Assembly (NCBI GenBank): GCA_000004985.1
Contig: GG738897.1
Reading direction: 5' to 3' (one strand)
Source of the DNA: Naegleria gruberi
Lineage: Eukaryota
DNA length: 64,000 nt
The notes under the pieces are model-generated. The model did not search any database and was not told the DNA's origin. It worked only from the letters and a program-made list of their open reading frames with translations. How positions within the stretch are numbered: the stretch's first letter is position 1; each line of letters starts with the position of its first letter. This document shows, piece by piece, positions 21,405-31,916 of the stretch. The position numbers and the translations under genes were made by a program.

Positions 21405-22356
21405 TTATTGAACTATCCTAGCAGACTCTTCGTCCTTATTCCTCTCAAAGACATTAGCTAAACGCTTAATTACTGGAATCTTTTTGTAAAAACTGGCAAA
21501 TAATCCACATCCAACACCTATCAAAATAATGACCACACTCACAACAACGAGAATAATAATAAATGTATCATTTGTTGGAACACATGTTGTAAAATCGTAA
21601 ATAGATGGAAATCTAACAGATGGATCAAAAGTTGAGGTTGAACTCACTTCACTCACACTAAATGTCACAACATTTCCATTCACAACGCCAGAAGTCAAAC
21701 CTGGACTTAATGAACTTCCATTTAATCCATTTGTAAAGGTAAAATTACAAGTCAAGTGTTCAATTTTAGCATATTCTTCAAATGATTGTTTTACAATACT
21801 CGTATCAACAGCCTAATGATTCGAATAATTTCAACAAATTATTTCAAAATTGGTAAATAGGATAAATAACTAATTTTAAATAGAAATAGACAACAACACA
21901 TACCTGATCATATTTTCTAACTGGTCCACTCACTAAAAATTGTCTTTTTAACCTAATTTCCAAATACGATTGTTCGGAAGAAAGTTGAATTTTCGGTGTT
22001 AATGCAGAAACAATGATATAAGCACTAGATCCAATTTGCAATGTTGTGGAAGAAATGCTAATCAGGTCCAAATTTAACGAATTCGTCTGATTTTTAATTT
22101 CTAATATTTCTACCGAAACTTGTTGTGTAGAAATTTGATTAGCAATTGTGAAGGGAATGTTTCTTGATAACTGAGTATAGTTTCCAGATGTACCCGAAAA
22201 TACATAAGTTAATTCTTCAGTAATTTTAACTTGACAAGAATTTGATATTTCCATGTTGGATGCCAAGTTTCGAATAACATAATCTGCACGAATAATTGAT
22301 ACCATCATAAAGATGATGAAAAACATAAAAATGTTGGTGCTCCTTGATGATTGCAT
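21405..22356 (-). CDS. Hypothetical type-I membrane glycoprotein (signal peptide, Ser/Thr/N-glyc-rich ectodomain, one TM, short basic tail). Two exons.
   Basis: Exons are 22356..21904 (ATG; the exon ends YDQ|GTATGTG) and 21811..21405 (acceptor CATTAG, in phase: AVDTSIVKQSFEEYAKIEHLTCNFT...). The TM helix is FIIILVVVSVVIILIGVGCGLFASF. Confidence 0.5.
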
Positions 22357-22643
22357 TGATGGCCTTTCTTATGTTTTTTTATGTTTTCTGTTGCTTTATT
22401 TAACAGAAAACTGCCTTTCGAATAGAATCTTTTCCCATCATTAAAATATATTGAAGGAGACATTACCATTAGCGCGGCCATCCATTTTCAGTAAGCACCC
22501 ATTATTATTATTATTAAATAATATTCGAATCACAATTTAACAATTTAACATTTAAAATCATCATTAACAATTTGTTTGTATTCTATTCAAACAATTTTAT
22601 TATATATCTTTCTAATATACAATTCTTTAAACTTTCTGAAAGC

Positions 22644-23528
22644 TTATTTCTTTTCCCACAATGAAGCTCTATCTTTCATCTTTAGTCTACCTTCTTCCAA
22701 TTTCTTCTTTTCCTCATCTTCTTGTTGTTTCTTCTTTTGTGCCAACAATTGTTCTCCACTTGGATTTTTCAATGCCTTTCTCTTTGCAGCATTAAGTGTC
22801 ATTTCTAATTTGTTCATTTCAGTTTGATCTTGAGATTGCATTTGTGCCAATTCATTCTTTGCTTGTAAACCCTTAACACCAACCAAATCTGATTTTTCTT
22901 CCAAATCTTTTAAACGATTTTCACGAGCACGTTTTTGTGCATAAAATTCAGAAATGGCATTTTCTAATTCTTCGGATAAACCTGCTGGCATTTCGAATAA
23001 TTCTTCCAAGAGAGCATAACCAACTCCTGTGATACCAATGGATTGATTGTCGAGGTAACCAGCTGGTACAGATAATTCAGTGTGTCTCTTGTAATATTCG
23101 GAGAGAATTAAATGTTTGTAGTGGAGTAATAAATATTCAATGAAAGCAATGAGTTTGTTAAAATCCAAGTCAATATCACGAATTTCATCACGTCTTTGGG
23201 TGGCTGTACGTGTTTTACCATTCTTTTGTAAGAAATCGGCAGCTTGGGCTATTTAGCATCACATTACAAATAGTTTAATATATTCGAAAGTGTTAAAAAT
23301 ATTATTAGAAACTAAACACTTACCTTCATCCAATTCATTTTGAGAACCTTCTCTATTAGAATCAGCCAAATACTTTTTAAAAGTTGTGGAAAGTTTAACA
23401 ACTTCTGGCCAATCATCACCCAAAGCAAAGATGAAACTCTTCAAGAAGAATTCACATTGTTCATCGATGGATTTAGCAACGAGATCTTGGAATCTGAGGG
23501 CAAGTTTTGGATCGACTTGGTTTGACAT
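22644..23528 (-). CDS. Hypothetical coiled-coil protein. Two exons.
   Basis: Exons are 23528..23324 (donor GAAG|GTAAGT) and 23248..22644 (acceptor GCTAAATAG). The spliced product is ...QNELDE-A-QAADFLQKNGKTRTATQRRDEIRDIDLDFNKLIAF.... The C-terminus is Lys/Glu-rich and coiled-coil. No family assigned. Confidence 0.5.
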
Positions 23529-23867
23529 TTTGTTATTGTGTAAATTTTTTGTGTTGTGTTTAAAAAAATAATTTCAACTTGACAAGAGACTTTTGACGGT
23601 CGATGGTTGTGGGATTGAAATTGATGATTGGTGAGTTGATGAGAGTGACGTGGAAGAAATTGATAGACAAGCGAATGGTCAACTTTACAGAAAAAGAAAG
23701 CATTTGACTTGCCTTTTCAATGAGTATTGTAAACGAAAGATTGTTCGAAAGATCTGTAAAGAAAAAAAGTGATTTTTTGTAAAATTGTTTTATACAACTT
23801 GGTGTCATCAGAAAAGTATTCATTCTTTCATGAATTCTTCTCCTATTCGAAATTAAACTAAACTCAA

Positions 23868-24785
23868 TTAAGGATAAAAATAATTTCGATCCATACTAAC
23901 TTGTTTCAACTCTTTTTTCTCCTCAAATGAATAAATAGTCACAAATCCAGCTCCAGAACAAGGTAGCCAAGATCTCTCCCATCCATAATCTCTGTCATCT
24001 GTCCATCTCGTGTCTGTGGAATTTGTCATGGAATTGAAATACGAAACTACTCCTTCTTCAGATACATTTGTTGGATTTGGACTGGAAACACTGAGAACTA
24101 AATCAGCACCATCTTTAGTTTCGTCTGGTAACTGTTTCATTAGTAACGTTTCGACTAATTTAATCTTTTCACTCTGATTTGGTGAGAGAATCATTAAGCA
24201 AAAGGCGCCAAAAGGTAAATTATGAAAGATTATTTCAGAATTCACATCTACTAGTAGTGATTCTTCGTCTGATTTATCATCATAACTTTGAAAATCTCTA
24301 TAAAATGAATTCACATTTTCCAAATGTCCGTAAAAATTATTTCTAAATTTGGTTAATGAAAATACATTCAATAAAATAACCAATTGAGTCAAATGTTTAG
24401 TGGCATATCTTGTTGGGTCATATCTTTCGAATATACTTCTTTCATGCTCAGATCCACAATTGTTATTCGACAAAATAGGCAATCTTCCAACTTTCAGAAT
24501 TCTTGGAATGGATTTTGACCATGCAACAAATAATTTATAATGAAAACTTGAAAATTCATCACATTTTTCCACTTGAAATGGCAAATCTTCTTCCCATTTG
24601 AAAAATCCCGAATTGAAATATTTTTCGCAACACATTTTCCAATAATTTTCATGTGTTTCAATGACGAGTTGAAAATTCTTGGACACAAGTTGGATATTGA
24701 TGAGAAGAACACACGGGTGCATGAAGGAGGTAATTATTGAAAGTTCATCATTGTTAAATTGGTGGTTGTGTGGGCAAGACGACAT
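23868..24785 (-). CDS. F-box-like hypothetical protein, 305 aa.
   Basis: ATG at 24785. The N-terminal LSIITSFMHPCVLLINIQLVSKNFQLVIETHENYWKMCCEKYF resembles an F-box. The rest is unassigned. Confidence 0.4.
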   Translation of the reverse strand: MSSCPHNHQFNNDELSIITSFMHPCVLLINIQLVSKNFQLVIETHENYWKMCCEKYFNSGFFKWEEDLPFQVEKCDEFSSFHYKLFVAWSKSIPRILKVGRLPILSNNNCGSEHERSIFERYDPTRYATKHLTQLVILLNVFSLTKFRNNFYGHLENVNSFYRDFQSYDDKSDEESLLVDVNSEIIFHNLPFGAFCLMILSPNQSEKIKLVETLLMKQLPDETKDGADLVLSVSSPNPTNVSEEGVVSYFNSMTNSTDTRWTDDRDYGWERSWLPCSGAGFVTIYSFEEKKELKQVSMDRNYFYP

Positions 24786-24964
24786 GGAGGTATTTTTTTG
24801 AAACTTGATTTTTGAGAATCTTCTTCAGGTTCATGTTTTGTAAATAAAAGTTCATTCCAATGCAAGACATTGGCATTAATGAAGGTGTCAGTCTTAAACA
24901 ACTTTTTGTTATTCGAAACTCAAGCTAAGGTTAACGAATAGTGAACTCGCAATAATTAAAAAAA

Positions 24965-27133
24965 ATGTCAAAAGTTGAATCTGTTGTTTGTATTACACTC
25001 ACAGATTTCCTAGAGAATGAATTGTATCATCAATTAAAAAACAAATTCTCATCACAAACGAAAGGTTTCGTATTGTGGGAATTAAACAAGGAAATTAGTT
25101 TGAAAGAAAAACAATTTCTTCCGATAGAATATTCTAAAGACAAGGAATACATTCAGAAATGTGCAAAAATTTGTGCTTCTCTCGATTATAGAAACAATCA
25201 ATTTTATAGCACATATCTTGTTAGCTCAATTTATCCGAAATTATTATTGGAAAGTTCAGACGAATTACAGAAATACAAATTGAGTGGTATTAAAAAATAT
25301 GCTGATCACCATTCGAATATTAAAAAAACAATGATTTACAATACGAATCCAGAAACTAGAGAGCTAGTTTTGCAAGCTGTCAAGAAAAATGGAAATGATT
25401 TGATGAAATATCAAAAATTTAATTCGGATAGAGAAATTGTTATTGCAGCAATTAGACAGAATGGAAATGGATTATTCTATGCTGGAGTGGAATTGAGAAA
25501 TGACAGAGAGGTAGTGAGAGAATCAATGAAGGTCAACCAGCATACTTTCTATTACATGTCTGATGAGTTGAAGAAGGATAGATCACTAGCTCTGGAAGCT
25601 GTCAAGGAAATTCCAGGATCTATCAGATATGCTCCTGGTGAAATCAAGAATGATAGATCGTTTATAGTGGAAGCTGCTTTATTGAATGGAAAAGTGTTGC
25701 AATTTCTAGATGGAGAATTTTTGAAGGACAGAGAAATTGTGGAGAATGCTGTATCTCAATACGGGTATGCTATTAAATATGCGCCAGAGGAATTTCAAAG
25801 AGATGAATCATTAATGCTAGGTGTTATTAGAAAGGCACTCAGTTTGGATTCAACAGTAGAAGTTTCTGACGATTTGATTTTGAAATATGTTAAAGAGCAT
25901 AATGGTGGATATTTGGCAATTAAATTGGAAAGATGTTGTAATGTAAAAGAAGTTATATTGGGAGCATTGGAGAATAATGGATCTAGATTGAATGAAAATA
26001 ACAAGAGAGAAAGAGAATTCATCTTGGACATGTTGAAAGAAAATTGGGAAATATTCGAAAAGGCAGACGAAAATATCAAGAATGAAAAGCAAGTCTATAC
26101 AAAAGCATTTGGTTTAAATTGTACATTTCTTGAAGATTCCTATAATTCCGAGCTATTCAATGAAATTTTAAATTACAGAAAGAAGATTCTTGACAGCTCT
26201 CCAGTTGGTAAGATCGACAAGGAAATTGCAAGCAAAATTGTGCACCAGAATTTTAATATTTTGAAAGAATGGAATATCACCAGATTAGATGATCAAATTC
26301 ATGAATACTTACACCATTTCAGCAGTGACAGAGATTTCGTGCTACAAGCAGTTTATCTAGATGAGAAATATCTTTCATTTGCTAGTGATTCATTGAAAGA
26401 TGATTTTGATTTCATGGTGACAATTGCACAACATACCCGTAACATGAGAGATGCATCTCCTCGTTTGAAATCAGATCCTCAATTTATCTTACGAGCATTG
26501 GATTATCTTTATGAATTGAAAGCTCCAAAGGAATTGAGAGCTGATAGAGATTTCATGATGAAAGCAGTTCAGAAAGGAACACATCTCTATCACGCCTCTG
26601 ATGATTTAAAGAACGATAAGGAGTTAGTACTCACAGCCATTAAAGGCAGCTACTCGAACATTTCACATGCTAGTAAGGGTCTTCAAAAGGACAGAGAATT
26701 TATTATTGAAGTTTTGAAAATTGATGGAAATTGTTTGAAATATTTGTCAAAGTCTTTCAAAAATGATAGAGAGCTAATTTTGACAGCTGCTCAATCTATC
26801 AATCCTTACATTGATTATGAGTTGTGTTATGAGCTATTTCCAACGGACAGAGAAGTAATGATGGAGTGTACCAAACAATATGGATACGAAATGATTCCTT
26901 ACAATAGCTATCTTAGTGATGAGTTTCGTTTTGATAAGGAATTCATGTTTCAAATTGCTGCTTCAAATAATTCAGCAACTTTGGATGTGTTTGATATATT
27001 TGGAAATGATAAGGATTTAATAATGAGATTGGCACTTGTTTATGGGCTTGTTCAAAAGTTTGATGAAGATATTTATCGAAAGAGAATAGAATTGGTCTTC
27101 AATGGAGTCAAATTACCAACAGATAAATACTAA
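24965..27133 (+). CDS. DUF4116-like repeat protein, 722 aa.
   Basis: ATG at 24965. There are more than 12 tandem units of about 37 aa with the pattern [NK]DRE[IVL]V..A[VI]..NG..L.[YF]A...L (for example NDREVVRESMKVNQHTFYYMSDELKKDRSLALEAVKEIPGSIRYAPGEIKNDRSFIVEAALLNGKVLQFLDGEFLKDREIVENAVSQYGYAIKYAPEEFQRDESLM). This matches the DUF4116 repeat I remember. Confidence 0.6.
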   Translation: MSKVESVVCITLTDFLENELYHQLKNKFSSQTKGFVLWELNKEISLKEKQFLPIEYSKDKEYIQKCAKICASLDYRNNQFYSTYLVSSIYPKLLLESSDELQKYKLSGIKKYADHHSNIKKTMIYNTNPETRELVLQAVKKNGNDLMKYQKFNSDREIVIAAIRQNGNGLFYAGVELRNDREVVRESMKVNQHTFYYMSDELKKDRSLALEAVKEIPGSIRYAPGEIKNDRSFIVEAALLNGKVLQFLDGEFLKDREIVENAVSQYGYAIKYAPEEFQRDESLMLGVIRKALSLDSTVEVSDDLILKYVKEHNGGYLAIKLERCCNVKEVILGALENNGSRLNENNKREREFILDMLKENWEIFEKADENIKNEKQVYTKAFGLNCTFLEDSYNSELFNEILNYRKKILDSSPVGKIDKEIASKIVHQNFNILKEWNITRLDDQIHEYLHHFSSDRDFVLQAVYLDEKYLSFASDSLKDDFDFMVTIAQHTRNMRDASPRLKSDPQFILRALDYLYELKAPKELRADRDFMMKAVQKGTHLYHASDDLKNDKELVLTAIKGSYSNISHASKGLQKDREFIIEVLKIDGNCLKYLSKSFKNDRELILTAAQSINPYIDYELCYELFPTDREVMMECTKQYGYEMIPYNSYLSDEFRFDKEFMFQIAASNNSATLDVFDIFGNDKDLIMRLALVYGLVQKFDEDIYRKRIELVFNGVKLPTDKY

Positions 27134-27193
27134 GGCAAGTTACTTCCTCAATCTACATTAAGAAACGTAATTATTGAGTTAGATTTTTATGGA

Positions 27194-27502
27194 TTGAATG
27201 AAATTAAGCTAATGGCAGTGAAATTTGAAAAGCAAATGGCAATATTTGCATTTAGAAAAATTACCCTTGGGTGGCGTTTATTCTACGATGAGACAAGGAC
27301 CAAGAAAATATATCCGAAAACCTTAATATTGAAAGAATTCCCTCTATTGAGAAGTGTTAGTGGATTAGTTTTTATTGCAAGTGATTGGTTAGTAGATAAG
27401 ATGCAAAATAAGGAACTTGAGAATTTATTGTTAGAAAAAGAAATGGCAGTGGAAAAGATTGAAGATTTTGGTAAAGAAAAATTAATTCTCATGGTTTATT
27501 AG
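27194..27502 (+). CDS. Small hypothetical ORF of 102 aa, possibly spurious.
   Basis: ORF only. No motif recognised. Confidence 0.2.
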   Translation: MNEIKLMAVKFEKQMAIFAFRKITLGWRLFYDETRTKKIYPKTLILKEFPLLRSVSGLVFIASDWLVDKMQNKELENLLLEKEMAVEKIEDFGKEKLILMVY

Positions 27503-27599
27503 TAACACTAATGCTCAATATCAATAAACTTTGAGATTAACAAGAACAAACAACACAAAGACTATTGTGCTTAATTTCTAAAAACTTTATTTTACCTTT

Positions 27600-27829
27600 A
27601 TTCTTCAAAGGCATTTGCCAAGTCTTTCTTTATTTGCTCTTTATCAAATCCATATATACAACCACAACCAACGCAAACCTTCATGCTAATATCTTCAAAA
27701 TGTGAAATACCAGAAAGTTTAGGCAAGTAACCGTCCTTCGTTTCACCCTTATAGGTTAAGCAACTACCATCCCTTGGACAAGAGTCTACCTCAAAAAAGT
27801 CCTTTCCCTTACAATTGGCACAACTAACC
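27600..27829 (-). CDS. Yippee/Moh1-like zinc-binding protein. This is the 3' exon. The 5' exon with the ATG was not located.
   Basis: The minus-strand frame KEKKVSCANCKGKDFFEVDSCPRDGSCLTYKGETKDGYLPKLSGISHFEDISMKVCVGCGCIYGFDKEQIKKDLANAFEE* has two CxxC pairs about 50 aa apart. Its local similarity to YPEL5 is FSCANCDTIL...VSCKNCNSKLGWIYE. The frame opens directly after a TGTAG acceptor-like site and contains no ATG before the first CxxC. This implies a short upstream exon encoding roughly MG...F. Confidence 0.45.
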
Positions 27830-27951
27830 TTCTTCTCTTTCTACATTTTTTTAATTTTTGAATCTCGATAAATTTCTTTGGCCAACAAACAATGAAAGAA
27901 ATTATGTAATGTTTGTTCACGTTTCGCTTAACAAAATGATATGAACATGAA

Positions 27952-28022
27952 AGGGAGATAGTTCAGTGGTAGAACATGGGATTGTGGTTCCTAAGATCAG
28001 GGTTCGATTCCCTGTCTTCCTA
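27952..28022 (+). tRNA. tRNA-His (anticodon GUG), copy 1
   Basis: The sequence AGGGAGATAGTTCAGTGGTAGAACATGGGATTGTGGTTCCTAAGATCAGGGTTCGATTCCCTGTCTTCCTA folds as a cloverleaf. The acceptor stem is AGGGAGA/TCTTCCT with one G-U pair. The D-arm is GTTC-AGTGGTA-GAAC. The anticodon stem is TGGGA/TCCTA with loop TTGTGGT (anticodon GTG). The T-arm is CAGGG-TTCGATT-CCCTG and the discriminator is A. Confidence 0.8.
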
Positions 28023-28341
28023 CTTCTTTTTATAACTATTTGTACAAAGCTTGAATTTAATCTGCACTGTATAATGTTAATTTTGAATTTATATTAAGGT
28101 TCAACCAAATCTTGATACTTCCACACTCAACATTTCCAATATTACTTGGTGATTTTCAATTCTCTGTTTATGGTGCTCTGCATATTGGTTCATTTGTATG
28201 ATATTATTTGATTGATCACTTAAATATTACTTTATTAAGCTCATCAATCAAATCGAATATAGTATCAATTCTGTTTCATCATGATCGTGTTGTAATCATG
28301 CTAATTTTCAACAATTAATCAAACATGACAGCATTCTTCAA

Positions 28342-29972
28342 TTAAACCATGATATCTCCCTCCCTACGTTTCTTAACTTGTTCAATTGAATTTTCATTTG
28401 GGTCTTTTTTAATGAGTTCAGTAGTGTCCTCCATTTCAGTCTCGTCATCATCTTCATCTTCCTCCTGGATTGGGAAATGGGTAGAACTCACTTGTTGAAC
28501 TGTTACAGTCTTCATTTCTTGTTCAGATTCAGTGTACATGAAATAGGTCACACTCAACAAGACAATAATGCAACCCAATAATTGCCAAATTGACTTTAGC
28601 GATTCTTGCAAAATGAGACTACTGAAAACAATTGTTGAGATTAATCTCAAGGCAATTATAGAGCCAACTTTTGTAGATCCAAGCAAACCAATTGCAAGAA
28701 TATTTAAACCATTGGCCATCATGTATACTAAAATAGTAAATCCAAAGAACATGCCCCAATCCTTAGAATTCAATCGAGCCCACAAAGTCCAATCATCAAA
28801 TATTGCACTTGGCACAGCAAATATAAAGACAAGAATTAATAATTGATAAATGAATAGTTTCTCTCCAGTAACACTAATGGTATTTCCCTGAGATTCTTCC
28901 TGTTTCATATATCTCAAAGAGAGCATGTACCAAACAAGACAACAACTTGAAACTATACTTGATGAGATACCTAATACATCCCATGGTGTAATATTTTCAG
29001 AAATGGTATTAAAATCAATCTCAATTGTGATTTCAGTACATACACACCATCAGTTTTTGGAACAATACTTCCAATAATTATAATAGCCCCTCCTATAAAT
29101 GTAGCAATCATTGACAAGATTGCTTTCAATCCAAATGTTTCCTTAGTATGTGAATCTCTAATAAACCATCTGTTATAAACAAATACTGTTACAAAAGCCA
29201 GAGTAAATGGACTTGACAATGCAAACAATTGAACAAATAGTGGAATTGTAAATTTGGAGGCAACAACATTGGTAAATGATCTCCCCAACAATGCACAAAA
29301 GAAGCTAATGAGAGGTAATGAGAATTTAATCCACTTCTTAATCCTCTCGAATATAGACAATTTCATTACAACATGATGTTGAGTATTAACATTCATTCCT
29401 TCCTTGTTATTCTTCCTATTCTTCCACTTATTCCTCAAATAAACAATTAACAAGAAGAGAATTCTGGGAGAGTATAATAGAAGGGCAGCCATATGACAGC
29501 TAGTAACCAATAGCATGGGAGGAAACTTATTTGGAGATTGAGATTGCAGATACCTCGAAAAGATTGGATGTGTACCATAAAGTGTATGTACTGAAATACA
29601 TGCTAACCAACCCAACATTGATTTGAGTATGGGCATTGAATCTATTAGATTTGAAACTCTAGAAGTGAGAGATTGCTTCTCCCTCTCTTGATCTCCGTAA
29701 GAAGAAGAATTAGTGGATGTTATAATATTATCTTGTTCATCTTGCTTATGATGATAATGATGAACATAATCAATTGTATCATGATTCTCCTCCGATGATG
29801 AATTATTTAAAGCTTCATGTCCATTCTCCTTGCCTAATTCATACTGTTGTTGTGAAGGTGGTTTTCTTACTTGCAGCACCGACACTTCATCATTTTCAAC
29901 AACTGTTGTTGTGCTTATTAATAGTGATGATGATTCTTCGAGTGAATGTTCTAACAGTTGTTGCTTCGACAT
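28342..29972 (-). CDS. Multi-pass membrane protein, probable DMT-superfamily (EamA/SLC35-like) transporter. Two exons.
   Basis: Exons are 29972..29044 (ATG at 29972; ends at donor GTATGT) and 28957..28342 (acceptor CTCATCAAG). This gives an 86-nt intron with closing phase (...PKTDG-V-IVSSCCLVWYMLSLRYMKQ...). There are about 10 predicted TM helices in two halves, plus hydrophilic termini rich in acidic residues. The family assignment is tentative. Confidence 0.45.
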
Positions 29973-30133
29973 TTTCTTTGTAGATGATCGATACAGACCA
30001 CACTACAGATCTTTTACAGCTTTGTTAAATTATTGATGGTTCTTGAACTGTATAACCTGTAATTTTCTACTGCCTAATCGAGTCATTATGGGATATGAGG
30101 ATGTTGAAATTCTGTACAAGTTCTACTGATTGT

Positions 30134-31861
30134 TTATTTCTTTTGCATAAGCATGTTATTTGACTTGATAAAGAAATCACCCTTATCGAATAACTTTAAA
30201 AGAATGACCAGAGTTTCCTTATCAATTTCGAAATTTCTCTCTGCCTCATCATTCATCATATTGGCACCATGATAATTTTCAGTGGCAAAGATGGAATCAA
30301 TATTGACATTGAGCAATGTTGAAACTTGCTCAATAACTTGTTTTTTGGTTTCTTGTTCTCTCACTTCATCCATCTTGGTAACAATCACCAATGGTTGATA
30401 TCCATATCCAAGAGATTCTTGATACATCTTCTTGAGCTTTTCAATGAGCTCTTTATCACCACGATCACCCTGAGCAAGGAAAAACAAGATACAGTGTACT
30501 TGATTTTCATCACACTTTTCAATTTGCTTTGTCATGATGGATTCACTCATCTCAAATGATTCTCCGAGAAGTCCACGTAACCAACTTAGGAACAGGGTTG
30601 GCTCAGTGAAGGTCTTTTCTGAAATTCCAAAAGAATCACCCAATAGGAAAAACAAATTGCACAATGTTTCATCTTCAGGAAAGATCTTGGAGAAGCATAC
30701 CTTTTCAAGACGTTTGGTAACATGATCACCTCCAGGAGCTGTAATTGCGAATGATGTGTGCTTGTTTTGTATAAAGGTTAATCCATGTACTAATGTGACA
30801 ATACGGTTGAAAAAGGATGATTTTCCAGATCCAATAATACCAAATGAGAAGATGTACAATTTTGAAACCTTACTTGATTTAGGTGGTCTATATTCTAGCA
30901 CTTTATAGCCAAAATCACTTGCCCAAAACTCAACATGACCCTTTTCGATAATACTAGAAGAGGGAGTTGTGATGGAATATTCTAATTCCTTGCAAATATC
31001 CCTAACAGTTGCACCATCTTTTGGATATAGCTCAATTTCAAAAGTTGCACTCGATTCAGGGTCAACACCAGACTTGGTTTTGAAAGTCTTACTATCGAAA
31101 TACGAGTTTCTATTAAATTTGATTACGGTCCCTGCTGGGATTTCCTTATCTGAATCATTTATGATTGTAACCATGATTTTTACATTCTCACCAATATGAT
31201 AGGGTCTGTTTTTGAGTGTAAACTTGATTCTAACAAAATCCTCATACTCTTTAGAAACAATTTCAGCTAAAGTTTCATTCAATTTGGACCATTCTTGGAT
31301 GTGGTAACCCTTTTGTGGTGAGATGGTTTGGATAAATGATTTGTCTATACCAGAGCCAACACCGATACAGCAAATGTCAACGTTGGCCAGCTTTAAATCA
31401 TTGGCGCGATTAATAGCTTCAATCTTGTCATCTGGAAAACCGTCAGTAAAGACGAAGAGGAACTTTCTTCTCTTATCTGTCATTTCATTCTTGATAATGA
31501 TCAGAGCTTCATTGAAGGCACCACCTAAATTGGTTCCTCCTCCAAGATTAGCAGTTCTAACCTTTGGCACTTTCTCAAGGATTGTATCCAAGTCAGAACA
31601 AACTCTTGCATGAACTGCACACTTGGAACTGAATTCAATAATGGTGAATTGATTGTCTTTGTTTTGTTCATGTAATTGTTTTACAACACCTCTGGTAGTG
31701 GAAAACATTTGACAGCAACTATCATCCTTCATAGAAGGAGAAGTATCCCCTAATATACCAACATGAACTGCTTCATGAGTCTTATCTGTTTTCTTTTTCA
31801 TTGGTCTGTCCCTCTTGGTTGAATCATTTTCTGAATATTCCACACGGTCTTTAGTATACAT
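30134..31861 (-). CDS. Fusion protein: N-terminal vWA domain with a complete MIDAS plus a C-terminal IRG/dynamin-like P-loop GTPase. 575 aa.
   Basis: ATG at 31861. The vWA domain shows VHVGILGDTSPSMKDD (DxSxS), GGGTNLGGAF (MIDAS Thr) and FVFTDGFPDD (MIDAS Asp). The GTPase domain shows G1 FSFGIIGSGKSSFFNRIVTL (compare IRG GETGSGKSSFIN), G3 LLGDSFG (DxxG) and G4 VIVTKMDEV ([NT]KxD). It is a single exon. Confidence 0.7.
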   Translation of the reverse strand: MYTKDRVEYSENDSTKRDRPMKKKTDKTHEAVHVGILGDTSPSMKDDSCCQMFSTTRGVVKQLHEQNKDNQFTIIEFSSKCAVHARVCSDLDTILEKVPKVRTANLGGGTNLGGAFNEALIIIKNEMTDKRRKFLFVFTDGFPDDKIEAINRANDLKLANVDICCIGVGSGIDKSFIQTISPQKGYHIQEWSKLNETLAEIVSKEYEDFVRIKFTLKNRPYHIGENVKIMVTIINDSDKEIPAGTVIKFNRNSYFDSKTFKTKSGVDPESSATFEIELYPKDGATVRDICKELEYSITTPSSSIIEKGHVEFWASDFGYKVLEYRPPKSSKVSKLYIFSFGIIGSGKSSFFNRIVTLVHGLTFIQNKHTSFAITAPGGDHVTKRLEKVCFSKIFPEDETLCNLFFLLGDSFGISEKTFTEPTLFLSWLRGLLGESFEMSESIMTKQIEKCDENQVHCILFFLAQGDRGDKELIEKLKKMYQESLGYGYQPLVIVTKMDEVREQETKKQVIEQVSTLLNVNIDSIFATENYHGANMMNDEAERNFEIDKETLVILLKLFDKGDFFIKSNNMLMQKK

Positions 31862-31916
31862 TTTTTTGCTTTGAATCAGTTTCTGAAAGGATCTTGTGGA
31901 GCTAATAATTATTTTC

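Noticed and set aside
28926-28973. An apparent in-frame TAG between the two halves of the DMT-like transporter, suggesting readthrough like the NDH-2 case.
   Set aside because: Re-indexing showed the two ORFs are 44 nt apart and therefore in different frames. A canonical GTATGT...CATCAAG intron of 86 nt (29043..28958) joins them in phase, so this is an ordinary intron.
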